A DNA stretch of 64,000 nt from Heptranchias perlo (taxonomy: Eukaryota), in the NCBI RefSeq assembly GCF_035084215.1, contig NC_090346.1:48608001-48672000 (forward strand). Reading direction: 5' to 3'. Positions 49,971-61,789 of the stretch are shown here, in pieces. Numbering within the stretch: the stretch's first letter is position 1; every line of letters starts with the position of its first letter. The translations under genes and the position numbers were made by a program. The notes beneath the pieces were generated by a model. The model saw nothing but the letters and a program-made list of their open reading frames with translations, searched no databases and was not told the origin of the DNA.

Positions 49971-50524
49971 GTGAAGTACCTTTTGATTAAATAAATGTGC
50001 AACATGTATGTGGCGTTAACTTAAAGTTACTGGGAATTTGTCTTTAAATTTTGTTGAAACAGCGAATACCTGAGCTACACAGACCAGGAACGTTCCCTTG
50101 GTTCAATTTCCAGTCTCTGCTAAGTTAGCTGATCTCAGCTGGGATGCTACAATTAACATCAGCATCCCAGGTTAGGAGGGAGAAGCTCTGCCAAGGTATC
50201 TGCTCCTGATCATTATCCAGCGACCTCTGTGTCAGCACTGGGAGGAGACAAGATAGGAGCTCTGATGTGATTCCCTCAGTGGGCAGATAGCCTGCTGATA
50301 CTGTTCAGGCTCGTAAATGAAGGCCACTTTGGGGAGGTACTGGAGGGTGCCTGATGCCAAGGACCCAAACCCCAGTGAGGAGTCATTGTCTTCAGAAGAG
50401 GTGAGAAAAGTGATACATACGAACACACTAAATTGACAGGTAGGAAAAGACCAGCTGGTCCATCAAGCCTGTTCCACACTCGTGATGGCTGGAGCTTCGT
50501 CATCTGACCCCTTGTGTATTCAAT

Positions 50525-50820
50525 ATTCTTGGATGTAATGTTTCCCTGACCAACCTGTCTGAACACCGTCCACTCCTTCGATTGCTGTGATTATCTCTCT
50601 GCCGAGGTGTGATAACGGGCAGTTGGAAAGATTATCTGTAATCACCAGGTATTGTTCTCTGACTATATATGCGGTGCCTTTATGGAATCCTTCACTCACC
50701 TGACAAAGGAGCAAAGCTCCAAAAGCTTGTGGTTTCAAATAAAGCTGTTGGACTATAACCTGGTGTTGTACGACTCCATACATTTGTCCACCCCAGTCCA
50801 TCACCGGCATCTCCACATCG
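50525..50820 (+). mobile_element. Penelope-like terminal fragment with decayed hammerhead core
   Basis: Same terminus as 20073-20400 (ggactataacctggtgttgta...ccggcatctccacatc); core reads CUGACAA...AAAA. Confidence 0.7.
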
Positions 50821-50926
50821 TTTTTAAAAGCTGTCATGAGGTGAAAATGTTCAATTTTTATCTCCTGTTACAAATGGATCATTGAGGTCTGTGAGAAGTC
50901 ACAACTTTATTTTATTTTAAAAACAG

Positions 50927-50972
50927 CATACCAACAACTACCGGAACTTTGCTACGCTTGAACGACGCCTGA
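50927..50972 (+). CDS. STK19: STK19 last coding exon
   Basis: aacAG / (C)IPTTTGTLLRLNDA*; matches the TTSGTLLRL terminus; total CDS 789 nt = 262 aa plus stop. Confidence 0.9.
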
Positions 50973-51509
50973 TCTGTGGACCTTACTGCAAACCACCCTA
51001 TGGACCAAGTTTGAGTGATCTGCATGTTTGGCGAGAATATAATCGATACCAGGAGAGGATGGTAGAAAAAGGGAGCGATTTAGAAATGGAAAAAATATAT
51101 TGCCATAATCTGATACTATGAAATTGGAAGAAACTAAACATTTCAGCTATTACTTATTTGCCAAGCATGTGAAATGGGAACAATATATACATTTACTAAA
51201 GCAAAATACTGCGGATGCTAGAAATCTGAAATAAAAACAAATGCAGAAAAAATAGAATTTTATATATCATATAATATATTTACTATTTAGTTTAAATTTG
51301 ACTTCCTTTTAAGTTCAGTGTTAAAATGGTTAAATCAAATGTAATTTGTATTTTTCCATCGATTTTGATGTCCGTTGAGCACGATGGATCAACGTGCAGA
51401 AAACTCTGAATACAGTGATCATGCAACGGAGAAAAAGGTTGCATGAGTTGTCACGTGTATCGTGGAGAAGCTCTTGGGTTTAGTGTCTTTAAAAAAAAGT
51501 TTTAAAAAA

Positions 51510-53050
51510 ATTAATGGGACTAAAAGCCGACAAATCCCACAGACCTGATCGCCTACATCCTAGGGTTTTAAGAGGTGGCTGCAGAGATAATGAATGCATT
51601 GATTTTGATCGTCCAGAATTCCCTAGATTCTAGAATGGTCCCTGCGGATTGGAAGGCAGCAAATGTAACCCCACTATTCAAGCAAGGAGGCAGAGAGAAA
51701 ACAGGGAACTACAGGCCACTTAGCCTGACATCGGTAGTAGGGAAAATGCTAGACTATTATTAAGGACGTAGTAACACGGCACTTAGAAAATCATAATATG
51801 ATTAGGCAGAGTCAACATGGTTTTATGAAAGGGAAATCGTGTTTGACAAATCTATTAGTTTTTTGAGGATGTAACTAGCAGGGATGTAGTATATTTTGGA
51901 TTTTCAAAAGACATTCGATAAGGTGCCACATAAAAGGTTGTTATGCAAGATTAGGGCACATGGGGTTGGGGGTAATATATTAGCATGGATTGAGGATTGA
52001 GGATTGGTTAGCGGACAGAAAACACAGAGTAGGGATAAATGGGTCATTTTCAAGTTGGCAGGCTGTAACTAGTGGGGTGCTTCAAGGATCAGTGCTCGCG
52101 CCTCAGCTATTTACAATCTATATTAATGACTTAGAGCATAATGTATCCAAGTTTGTTGACAATACAAAGCTAGGTGGGAAAGTAAGCTGTGAGGAGGATA
52201 CAAAGAGTCTGCAAAGGGATAGAGACAGGTTAAGTAAGTGGACGAGAAGGTGGCAGATGGAGTATAATTTGGGGAAATGTGAGATTCACTTTGGTAGTAA
52301 GAATAGAAAAACAGAATATTTTTTTAACTATTAAATGTTGGTGTTCAGAGGGATTTGGGTGTCCTTGTACACGAAACACAGAAAGTGAACATGCAGGTAC
52401 AGCAAGCAATTAGGAAGGCAAATGGTATGTTGGCCTTTATTGCAAGGGAGTTGGTGTACAAAAGTAAGGAAGTCTTGCTGCAATTGTACGGGACTTTGAT
52501 GAGACCACACCTGGAATACTGTGTACAGTTTTGGTCTCCTTCCCTCAGGAGGGATATACTTGCCTTATAAGGCGGTGCAACAAACGCTCACTAGATTGAT
52601 TCCTGGGATGAGAGGGTTGTCCTATGAGGAAAGATTGAGTAGAATGGGCCTATACTCTCTGGAAGAATGAGAGGTAATCTCTTTGAAACACATAAGGTTC
52701 TAAGAGGGCTTGACGATAGATGCTGAGAGGATGTTTCTGCTGGTTGGAGAATCTAGAACTAGGTCTCAGGATAAGGGGTCAGACATTTAGGACTGAGATG
52801 AGGAGGAATTTCTTCACTCAGAGGGTGATGAATATTTGGAATTCTCTACCCCAGAGTGCTGAGAATGCTCAGTCATTGAGTATATTCAAGGCTGAGGTCG
52901 ATTAGATTTTTGGACTCTAAGGAAATCAAGGGATATGGGGATTGGGGGGAGAAAGTGGAGTTGAGGTTGAAGATCAGCCATGATCTGATTGAATGGCGGA
53001 GCAGGTTCGAGGGCCCGTATGGTCTACTCCTGCTCCTATTTCTTATGTGA
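51510..53050 (+). mobile_element. CR1 LINE ORF2 RT and 3' UTR, degenerate
   Basis: WKAANVTPLFK, NYRPLSLT, QGSVLAP, RPHLEYCVQFWSP and NFFTQRV. Confidence 0.92.
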
Positions 53051-53147
53051 CTGTAAGCTGGGACATTTCAACTGCAGAAGGATTTGGGAGTAAACTGACA
53101 CTCTGAGAGACAGTTGGAATGGAAATAGAAAAGTGTGTGTACAGATA

Positions 53148-53357
53148 TAAAAGCAGTAAATGCTGGAAACACTCATCAGGTCAGGCAGCACGTGTGGCAA
53201 GAGAGAAAGAGAGTTAACGTTTCAGGTCGATGACCTTTCTTCATCATCGACCTGAAACGTTAACTGTGGTTCTCTCTCTACACGTACTGCCTGACCTGCT
53301 GAATGTTTCCAACATTTTCTCTATTTCAGATTTCCAGCATCTGCGGTATTTTGCTAT
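53148..53357. repeat. Palindromic pair of a second Penelope-like short repeat family
   Basis: Two arms in inverted orientation around about 53235; family members also at 14718-14890, 40063-40167, 46371-46466, 51197-51243 and 59163-59297. Confidence 0.75.
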
Positions 53358-53569
53358 TTAAAAAAAAAAGTGTGTGTAGATGTCTGGTGAAGACCAGATT
53401 AGAGATTGATCCACATTTGGTACGGCAGTGCTGTGATACTCTGCATCTAACCGCGCTGCACCTGATGTTGGAGTGCTAGGGGCAGAAAATGGAGTGCATT
53501 CCATTCCCAACCACTAACACCTCTCACCTTGATACGTGCGGAAGAAAAAATAATAAATGGTCGAAACGT

Positions 53570-54355
53570 TGTCTGGTGGGTATGGAGGTGGTCAGAAGGA
53601 CTTGAGCAGAAAATCGGGACTGACGTCTCTATCCAGTGCCTACAGGCTACTACATTGTCTGAGGGACATTGCAACATCCTTCACACGATACGTTGAATCT
53701 AGGCCCTGTCTGCCTGTGCTGGTGATTCAGGTGAGTATTAAAGATTCCATGGCAATATTTTGAAGTGGAGCGTGAAGTTCTCCTGGAATCCTGGCCAACA
53801 TCTTCCTTCAACCAACATTACCAAACAATATATTGATAGGTCATTCCTCTCATTGTGGAACCTTACTGTCTAATAAAACGTTTGCTGACTGTGCCTACAT
53901 GAAAGCAGAGTCAGCTGTGGCGGAAGGGGTAGTACTCTCACCTTTGAGACAGAAGGTCGTGGGTTTGAGCCCCAATCCAGGGGACTTGAGTACATAATCT
54001 AGGCTGTCACTCCTGTGCAGTGCTGCACTGGTGGAGGTGTCGTCTTTCAGATAAGATGTTAAACTGAGGCCCCGTCTGACCTCTCAGGTGGACGTAAGAG
54101 ATCCCTTGGCACTATTTCAAAGAAGAAAAGGGGCGTTCTCCCTGGTGCCCTGGCCAATATTTACTAAAAGAAACAGATTATCTGGTCATACATTTCATTG
54201 CTGTTTGTGGAACCTTGCTGTGTGCAAATTTGCTGCCTTGTTTCCTACATTACAACAGTGACCAAACTTGAAAAGCACTTCATTGGTTGTAAAGTGCCTT
54301 GGGATGTCCTGAGGAAGTGAAAGGTGCTATATAAATGCAAGTTTTGCTTTTCTTT
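53570..54355 (+). mobile_element. Two tandem SINE copies (degenerate 53570-53870; near full length 53910-54355)
   Basis: Same head, core and tail motifs as the other copies. Confidence 0.75.
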
Positions 54356-55079
54356 CTATGTCGACAGCTCTGTAACTATCAACATTAGTCTATCAAATGC
54401 TTACATTTCTGCATGGTGGTTAACCAGATTACAAATCATTAACCATGTTTACTACCAAAACTGTTCTTAAAAAAAAAAGAAAAATATCTGTACAACATAC
54501 TGTTTAAAATTTTTTTTTGCTCTTATTAATCTCTAATCCACCCAGTCCAACCTCCCTCCAACTGTGCTGGAGTGATGGGTGATTAGCCCATTGTCCCATC
54601 TGCTGTCTGTTTGGTTCAGGCGAAGCCGGCTGTAGATTCACTGGAGTGCTCAAGTAGTCTTCTCAATTCACCAACATTGAAAATCCCCCAGACTGATGGA
54701 TCAATAAAATTTCCTCTCTGTGCTGGCTGAGGGGGTCACATGTACTGTGATTTTTATCATTTAAACCCATACTTCTAATTCTAGAATCATACAGGACAGA
54801 AGAGGCCATTCGGCCCATCGTGCCTGTGCCGGCTCTTTGAAAGAACTATCCAATTAGTCCCACTCCCCTGCTCTTAGCCCTGCAAATTTTTCCTTTTCAA
54901 ATATATATCCAATTCCTTTTTGAATTCAGCACACCCTTTTCAGTGCCACCCTCACTTAAAGCAGGTCCAAGGATAGCTGGTATGTGTAATGGAAAATTTA
55001 CACTTCCTGGGTTGGCGTTACTGTTGGACTAGGATGAAAGCATTTTGCTGCACATCTGCATAGTGCGGTCCACAAGTCA

Positions 55080-55802
55080 ATCAGACAGTGGTCCACACAT
55101 TGAGGCACTTCGAAAGAAGGAAGCGGTGGATCTTGCTGGCAGGTTCCCATGAGCAAACAGCCAAAGTCATTTTGTAGAATGTCTCAATACCAGATCTGTC
55201 AAAGAAGCACCCAGATGTTGCTTGGCTGGTGGTAAGAAAGGCCCTTCCTGTTACACTCTGCATGCATAGTCAGAGTCTACAACACGGCATGTGGTCCTTG
55301 AGATGAGAAGAGATTTGTCCATCACCTGGGATGTGCGTTTGCAAAGAAAGCCTGGAGTGAGAAGCAGTGTTTTTGAGATTTTTCCCCTAGCAGCTCTATA
55401 ACACTGGAGTCCATGGACTGTTCTCAGGGAGGGATGCTGAAACAAAAATCAACTTCCACTGGAAAGCCATTAAAAGACACCCTTTGATCTGCTTGAAATG
55501 TGCTGATTTTCCAGAGCTAAGGCATATCCTTGATTGAGAGTTGCAAACTTGCACTTTTCAGGATGAGCTGCTGAGGAACACAAAATGGAGAATGTCCCCA
55601 AAACAAGCTCTACTGTCATTGGCTGCAAATGTAGTTGTGAACTTGGATTCTAAATGAAAATGTAGCATCTGGTCCAGTTAAATGTGGACATAGGAACCAA
55701 ATGTGTTAATATCTGTTAAAAGTGCCTTGTGATGTATAGAATTCTTTCTGGATGTGTTTGTCTATATTTATTTGATCAATGAATAAAGTTTATTTCTCTA
55801 AA
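55080..55802 (+). mobile_element. Diverged Tx1-like 3' fragment
   Basis: RQWST...KEAVD...DVAWLVVRKALPV remnants parallel the 42385-44190 element; ends with AATAAA near 55782. Confidence 0.7.
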
Positions 55803-56479
55803 GAGCATTACTCTGCTGTGCAACATATCTGACCTGCAAATACAACAACTTCCATTTAACTAGCCCCTTTAATGTAAACAATATCTCACAAGTAGGCAAA
55901 TGGGTAACAGATGATGAGCCAGAACAGATTAGGAATTAGAAAATAAGGAATTCAGGAGAAACATCTTTACCAAAGAGTGAACATAAGCGGTAAGAAGGTG
56001 GAACTTGCAACCACAAGGAGTAGTTGAGGCGAATAGCATAGATACATTAAAAGGGAAGCTGGATAAACACGGAGAAAGGAATAGAAGGATATGTGGATAG
56101 GGTTAGATGAAGAGGGGCGGGAGGAGGCTCGTGTGGAGCACAAACGCCGGCATAGACCTGTTGAGCCGAATGGCTTGTTTCTGTGCTGTACATTCTATGA
56201 CAGGTGACCAGGAGCTTGGTTGAAGAGATGAGTACTGAGGAGGTTTTAAAGAGTGAGGCGGAGGGGTTGGAGGAATTCCACAGATTAGGACCCAGGGTTG
56301 TGCTGCCAAAAGGGGGAGAAGGAGATGCACAAGAAGGTAGAGTCAGGAATGGAGTGTCCAGGTGGAGATGTAGGGTTTGGGAGAGGTTGCAGAGATAAGG
56401 TGCAAGGAGTGATTTAAAGATGAGGATAAAGATTTCAAACTCGAGTTATTGGGGAGCCAATGTTGTAATTCTCAACATG

Positions 56480-56830
56480 GTAAATATATTCCTGGCAGTA
56501 GCTCTCGACTCTGCCCGTAAAAAGCCGAACCCTGGTCTGTTTTCCGGAGTTTCCCGAACGACCTGTGACCGCTCTCCGGAAGGACCCGAACCTCTCCGGA
56601 AGTTGCCGAGCTCCGCCGGTCCCTGTTACCTGCTCTCGGGAACTGGGGCCGCCGACGGTGCCGATTCGGCAGGAATCGATTGGTCTCAAGTTTCTCCGAG
56701 CAACCGACATTAACGCGCTCGATATCGGTCAGAGTCGCGCAAGCGGAGAGTGTGAACATGAGGGGAGACGTGAGGATACTGCTGGTGGGAGAACGTGAGT
56801 AAAACACAAGAGGCACGCGAGAGAGTGAGG
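56480..56830. promoter_or_regulatory. CpG island / promoter of the RHOT gene
   Basis: CpG-rich segment immediately upstream of and overlapping exon 1; ETS-type CCGGAAGT motif near 56596. Confidence 0.65.
56758..56794 (+). CDS. RHOT2: Mitochondrial Rho GTPase (Miro) exon 1; RHOT2 favoured by the ANKS4B neighbourhood, RHOT1 not excluded
   Basis: MRGDVRILLVGE-(P) then GTGAGT donor, 37 nt. Family call is secure; paralogue call is inference, since residues LLVGE and VSEEF look RHOT1-like. Confidence 0.75.
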
Positions 56831-56889
56831 GGAAAGTACAAGGGGGGAGTGAGATAGGGGGGAGTGAGATAGGGGGACAGATATAATGG

Positions 56890-57962
56890 GGGGGGGACTG
56901 GGAGTGAGATTGAGGGGGGGACTGGGAGTGAGATTGGGGGGGGGGACTGGGAGTGAGATTGGGGGGGGGAGTGAGATTGGGGGGGGGGGGAGTGAGATTG
57001 GGGGGGGGAGTGAGATTGGGGGGGGGGAGTGAGATTGGGGGGGGGGAGTGAGATTGGGGGGGGGGAGTGAGATTGGGGGGGGGAAGAGACTGGGAGTGAG
57101 ATTGGGGGGGGGAAGAGACTGGGAGTGAGATTGGGGGGGGGGGGGAGACTGGGAGTGAGATGGGGGGGGAGACTGGGAGTGAGATTGGGGGGGGGGAGAC
57201 TGGGAGTGAGATTGGGGGGGGGAGACTGGGAGTGAGATTGGGCGGGGGGGGAGAGTGAGATTGGGCGGGGGGGGGAGTGAGATTGGGTGGGGGGGCGGAA
57301 GTGAGATTGGGTGGGGGGGGGAAGTGAGATTGGGGGGGGGAGTGAGATATTGGGGGGGGGAGTGAGATATTGGGGGGGGGAGTGAGATTGGGGGGGGGGT
57401 GAGATTGGGGGGGGGGTGAGATTGGGGGGGGGGGTGAGATTGGGGGGGGGAGTGAGATTGGGGGGGGGGAGACTGGGAGTGAGATTGGGGGGGGGAGTGA
57501 GATTGGGGGGGGGAGACTGGGAGTGAGATTGGGGAGGGAGACTGGGAGTGAGATTGGGCGGGGGGGGGAGAGTGAGATTGGGTGGGGGGGGGGAGTGAGA
57601 TTGGGTGGGGGGGGGGAGTGAGATTGGGTGGGGGGGGGAGTGAGATTGGGTGGGGGGGGAAGTGAGATGGGGGGGGGGAAGTGAGATTGGGGGGGGGGAA
57701 GTGAGATTGGGGGGGGGAAGTGAGATTGGGGGGGGGGAAGTGAGATTGGGGGGGGGGAAGTGAGATTGGGGGGGGGGAAGTGAGATTGGGGGGGGGGAAG
57801 TGAGATTGGGGGGGGGAAGTGAGATTGGGGGGGGGAAGTGAGATTGGGGGGGGGGAAGTGAGATTGGGGGGGGAAGTGAGATTGGGGGGGGGGAAGTGAG
57901 ATTGGGGGGGGGAGTGAGATTGGGGGGGGGAGTGAGATTGGGGGGGGGAGACTGGGAGTGAG
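56890..57962. repeat. G-rich minisatellite in RHOT intron 1
   Basis: Core AGTGAGATT separated by G-runs of roughly 7-13 nt, with optional GACTGGG; a degenerate extension continues to about 58380. Confidence 0.95.
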
Positions 57963-58939
57963 GTAGGGGGGAGTGGGGGAAAGTGAGGTGGGGTTTGGAA
58001 TGGGGGACTGGGGGACGAGTGAGGGGAAAGTAAAGGGAGGGTGAGGTGGGGGGAGTGGGATGGGCGAGAGCGAGGGGAAAATACGGGGGGACTGTGTGAG
58101 AGTGAGGTGAAAATATGGGGGGACTGAGATTGTGGGGGGGGTAGTGAGATTGGGGGGCTGGGGGAGAGCGAGGGAAAAGTACAGAGGGACTGAGATAGGG
58201 GAAGAATTGGGTGGATTGGGGACAGATGGGGTGGAACGGGGGGAGAGTGCGGGAAAAGTGCAGGGGGACTGAGATAGGGAAACGTACAGGGGGACAGAAA
58301 TGCTGGGGGGGGAACTGGTGGAGTGAAATAGGGGGACTGAGATGGAGAGGGACTGGGGGAGAGTGAGGGGAAAGGGAGGGGCAAGAAGGTGTGCTTTTAG
58401 TGTAATACATTATGGATGGTCCCCACACACCGTCTGAACTATTCGTGACCTTGTCGTCCCTTTTCTATTTTCATTGAAATGCCGCTCTGTGTAATAGTCA
58501 CATGTCACATAATGTAGACGTGACACTCATGATGTCTTCCGGTGACACCAAAGTTGTTCTCAGTTAATCAGGAGAGACGTAATCTTTGAAAACTAGTAAA
58601 TAGTCATTACCCACGGTCAATTGATGACGATGGAGTTGGGAGAAATTCTTCAACTCGCTCCACAGAACCACCTAGTGACCAGAGTCTGCAGCTACGTTGT
58701 GACAGTTGACATTGCAGAATCGATTGGGAAATGTTGACATAGCAATTTACAATGAGAGATGTTGACACGCATCTGTCGGGTGCATCTAAGTTGAGCCTGA
58801 TTCAAGTCCCAGCCACGGTTCATGTACCTACGTTTCCACTGCCATGGACCGGGGATTAAACCTGGCCCCATCCTGGCCTTTGTCACAACAGTGACAAAGT
58901 ACTTCATTGGCTGTAAAGTGCTTTGGGATGTCCTATAGG

Positions 58940-59497
58940 CACATAAGAAGAAATAGGAGCAGGAGCAGGCCATACGGCCCCACAAGCCTGTTCCGCCGTT
59001 CAATAAAACCACGGCTGATCTTCTACCTCGACTCCACTTTCCCGCCCTATCCCCATAACCCTTGGTTCCCCTCGAGTCCAAAAATCTATCGATCTCAGCC
59101 TTGAATATACTCAAAGACTGAGCATCCACAGCCCTCTGGGGTAGAGAATTCCATAGATTCTCGAGCAAAATACTGCGGATGCTGGAAATCTGAAATAAAA
59201 ACAGAAAATGCCGGAAAAGCACTGTAAGTCAGGCAGCATCTGTGGAGAAAGAAACAGAGTTAATGTTTCAGGTCGAAGACTTTTTGTCAGAACTGCAAGA
59301 TTCTCAACCCTCTGAGTGACTAAATTTTTCCTTATCTCAGTCTTAAATGGCCGACCCCTTATCCTGAGACTACGTCCCCTAGTTCCAGACTCTCCAGCCA
59401 GGGGAAACACCCTCTCAACATCTACCCTGTCAAGCCCTCTCAGAATCTTATATGTTTCAATGAGATCATCTCTCATTCTTCTAAACTCCAGAGAGTC
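58940..59497 (-). mobile_element. CR1 3' fragment with a nested insertion
   Basis: DLIETYKILRGLDRVD and WNSLPQRAV remnants interrupted at 59163-59297. Confidence 0.88.
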
Positions 59498-59766
59498 CTG
59501 AGGCCATGAAAGGCCTATAGAAATGCAAATTCATTCTTTCTTTGTGGTTCAGCGACTCACTCTGTGAACCACCGAGCCACTGGGCACGCGCAAAAAACCT
59601 TTTGTTTCAACTTAAAAATAAGTGTAGTGTTCAGATTGTTTGTGATGGGTGCGGTGGGTCTAAACTGAGGTTTAAAATGTCCCGAGTAAGGGGATAAGCT
59701 GCAATTAGAGTAATACACCCTCCTTGGGCTCAGTAATTAATGCCTCTCTCCTTTCTCTATCCACAG

Positions 59767-59825
59767 CTGAAGTGGGCAAAACGTCGCTGATCATGTCCCT
59801 GGTCAGCGAGGAGTTTCCCGAGAAG
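59767..59825 (+). CDS. RHOT2: Miro GTPase exon 2 (gene continues beyond the window)
   Basis: cacAG / (P)EVGKTSLIMSLVSEEFPEK / GTGAG; completes the P-loop GEPEVGKT. Confidence 0.78.
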
Positions 59826-60652
59826 GTGAGTCAGACTGGGTTTTATTACAGGAAGTGCAGTTATATTTCCCCTTCCCCCGCCCCCCCTTCCCTGAAGGGG
59901 CTGAGCTTTTGCTGAACTATGTGTTCCACAGGTAACAGCTGTTCCCTGGTAACAAAACCCCTCCCTCTGCCAATGTTCATGGTCCAGCCTCCCATATGAA
60001 GAATGGCCTCTTGGACAAGATATTAAAAGGCAGCCAATGCCCGAGGAGCTGGTACCCCAGCAGTAGTCACTGCCGAGGTGGGGAAGATTTGGAATGGGAG
60101 GGTCCCTGTTTCATAAATAAATGTACCTGTTTCCTGAAGCGAGAGGGGTCAGGAGTCCTGAAAATGCTACACTTGTAAACCTGTCATTGCTGATAAAGAA
60201 ACCACTTCTGTTCCAAGAGGAACTTGGCTGGCGTTTGAATGTAAGAGAGCTGAGCGATATACTCTTAATATTTGCTCTCAGAGGTTGCCCAGCCTTGTGG
60301 ATTGTGTAATATACAGCACCCTGTTATGTATTTTGGCACATTGGACTGTGATTGAAACAGTAGACAGGATATTTCTATTCAGCCCTTTTCCCCTCTGGGC
60401 CTTGAACAGCCACCTTCCCGCTTCAGGGTGCGGCAGGCCACAAAACGAGTCTCCAAGGCTCCCTCAGAGCCCCTCCTTGGTCAGCTGATGAGCTGTAGGA
60501 CTGGACAAGACAAGACTCGACATCTACAATTTCTGAGAAAAAAAAATTAGCTTTCTTTAACAGAATCCTCCTGTTTCAGTGGTGATCAGACTGGTCATTG
60601 CACCTGACAGCTGGTGAAAATGGTCACTGAGTTACATCACCTGCACCGGGAA

Positions 60653-61690
60653 TGGGGGGGGAGCAGTGGTGGGGGGGGGAGGGGGGAGCAGTCGTGGGGG
60701 GGGGGGAGGGGGGAGCAGTAGTGGGGGGGGGGGGGAGGGGGGAGCAGTAGTGGGGGGGGGAGGGGGGAGCAGTAGTGGGGGGGGGGGAGGGGGGAGCAGT
60801 AGTGGGGGGGGGAGGGGGGAGCAGTAGGGGGAGGGGGGAGGGGGGAGCAGTAGTGGGGGGGGGAGGGGGGAGCAGTAGGAGGGGGGGAGGGGGGAGCAGT
60901 AGTGGGGGGGGGAGGGGGGAGCAGTAGTGGGGGGGGGAGGGGGAGCAGTAGGAGGGGGGGAGGGGGGAGCAGTAGTGGGGGGGGAGGGGGGAGCAGTAGT
61001 GGGGGGGGGAGGGGGAGCAGTAGTGGGGGGGGGAGGGGGGAGCAGTAGTGGGGGGGGGAGGGGGGAGCAGTAGTGGGGGGGGGAGGGGGGAGCAGTAGTG
61101 GGGGGGGAGGGGGGAGCAGTAGGGGGGGGTGAGGGGGGAGCAGTAGTGGGGGGGGAGGGGGGAGCAGTAGTGGGGGGGGGGGGAGGGGGGAGCAGTAGTG
61201 GGGGGGGGAGCAGTAGTGGGAGGGGGAGGGGGGAGCAGTAGTGGGGGGGGGAGGGGGGAGCAGTAGTGGAGGGGGGAGCAGTAGTGGGGGGGAGGGGGGA
61301 GCAGTAGTGGGGGGGAGGGGGGAGCAGTAGTGGGGGGGGGAGCAGTAGTGGGGGGGGGAGGGGGGAGCAGTAGTGGGGGGGGGAGGGGGGAGCAGTAGTG
61401 GAGGGGGGAGCAGTAGTGGGGGGGAGGGGGGAGCAGTAGTGGGGGGGGAGGGGGGAGCAGTAGTGGGGGGGGAGGGGGGAGCAGTAGTGGGGGGGAGGGG
61501 GGAGCAGTAGTGGGGGGGGGGAGGGGGGAGCAGTAGTGGGGGGGGGAGGGGGAGCAGTAGTGGGGGGGGGAGGGGGGAGCAGTAGGGGGGGGGGAGGGGG
61601 GAGCAGTAGGGGGGGGAGGGGGAGCAGTAGGGTGGGAGGGGGGAGCAGTGGGGGGGGAGGGGAGCAGTAGGGGGAGGGAGGGAGGGCTCG
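60653..61690. repeat. G-rich minisatellite in RHOT intron 2
   Basis: Unit AGCAGTAGT-G(6-13)-A-G(5-6), about 24-26 nt. Confidence 0.95.
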
Positions 61691-61789
61691 CGCTGAGGTC
61701 GGGGGAAGGGCTCGCACTGAAAATTGGTGGGTGCTCACACCGAGAGGTGGGGGGGGGCTCGCTCCGAGAGGTGGGGAGGGGTCTTGCAC

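Noticed and set aside
56710-58428. Proline-rich extensin-like ORFs (572 and 551 aa)
   Set aside because: Translation of the C-rich strand of a G-run minisatellite, antisense to RHOT intron 1.
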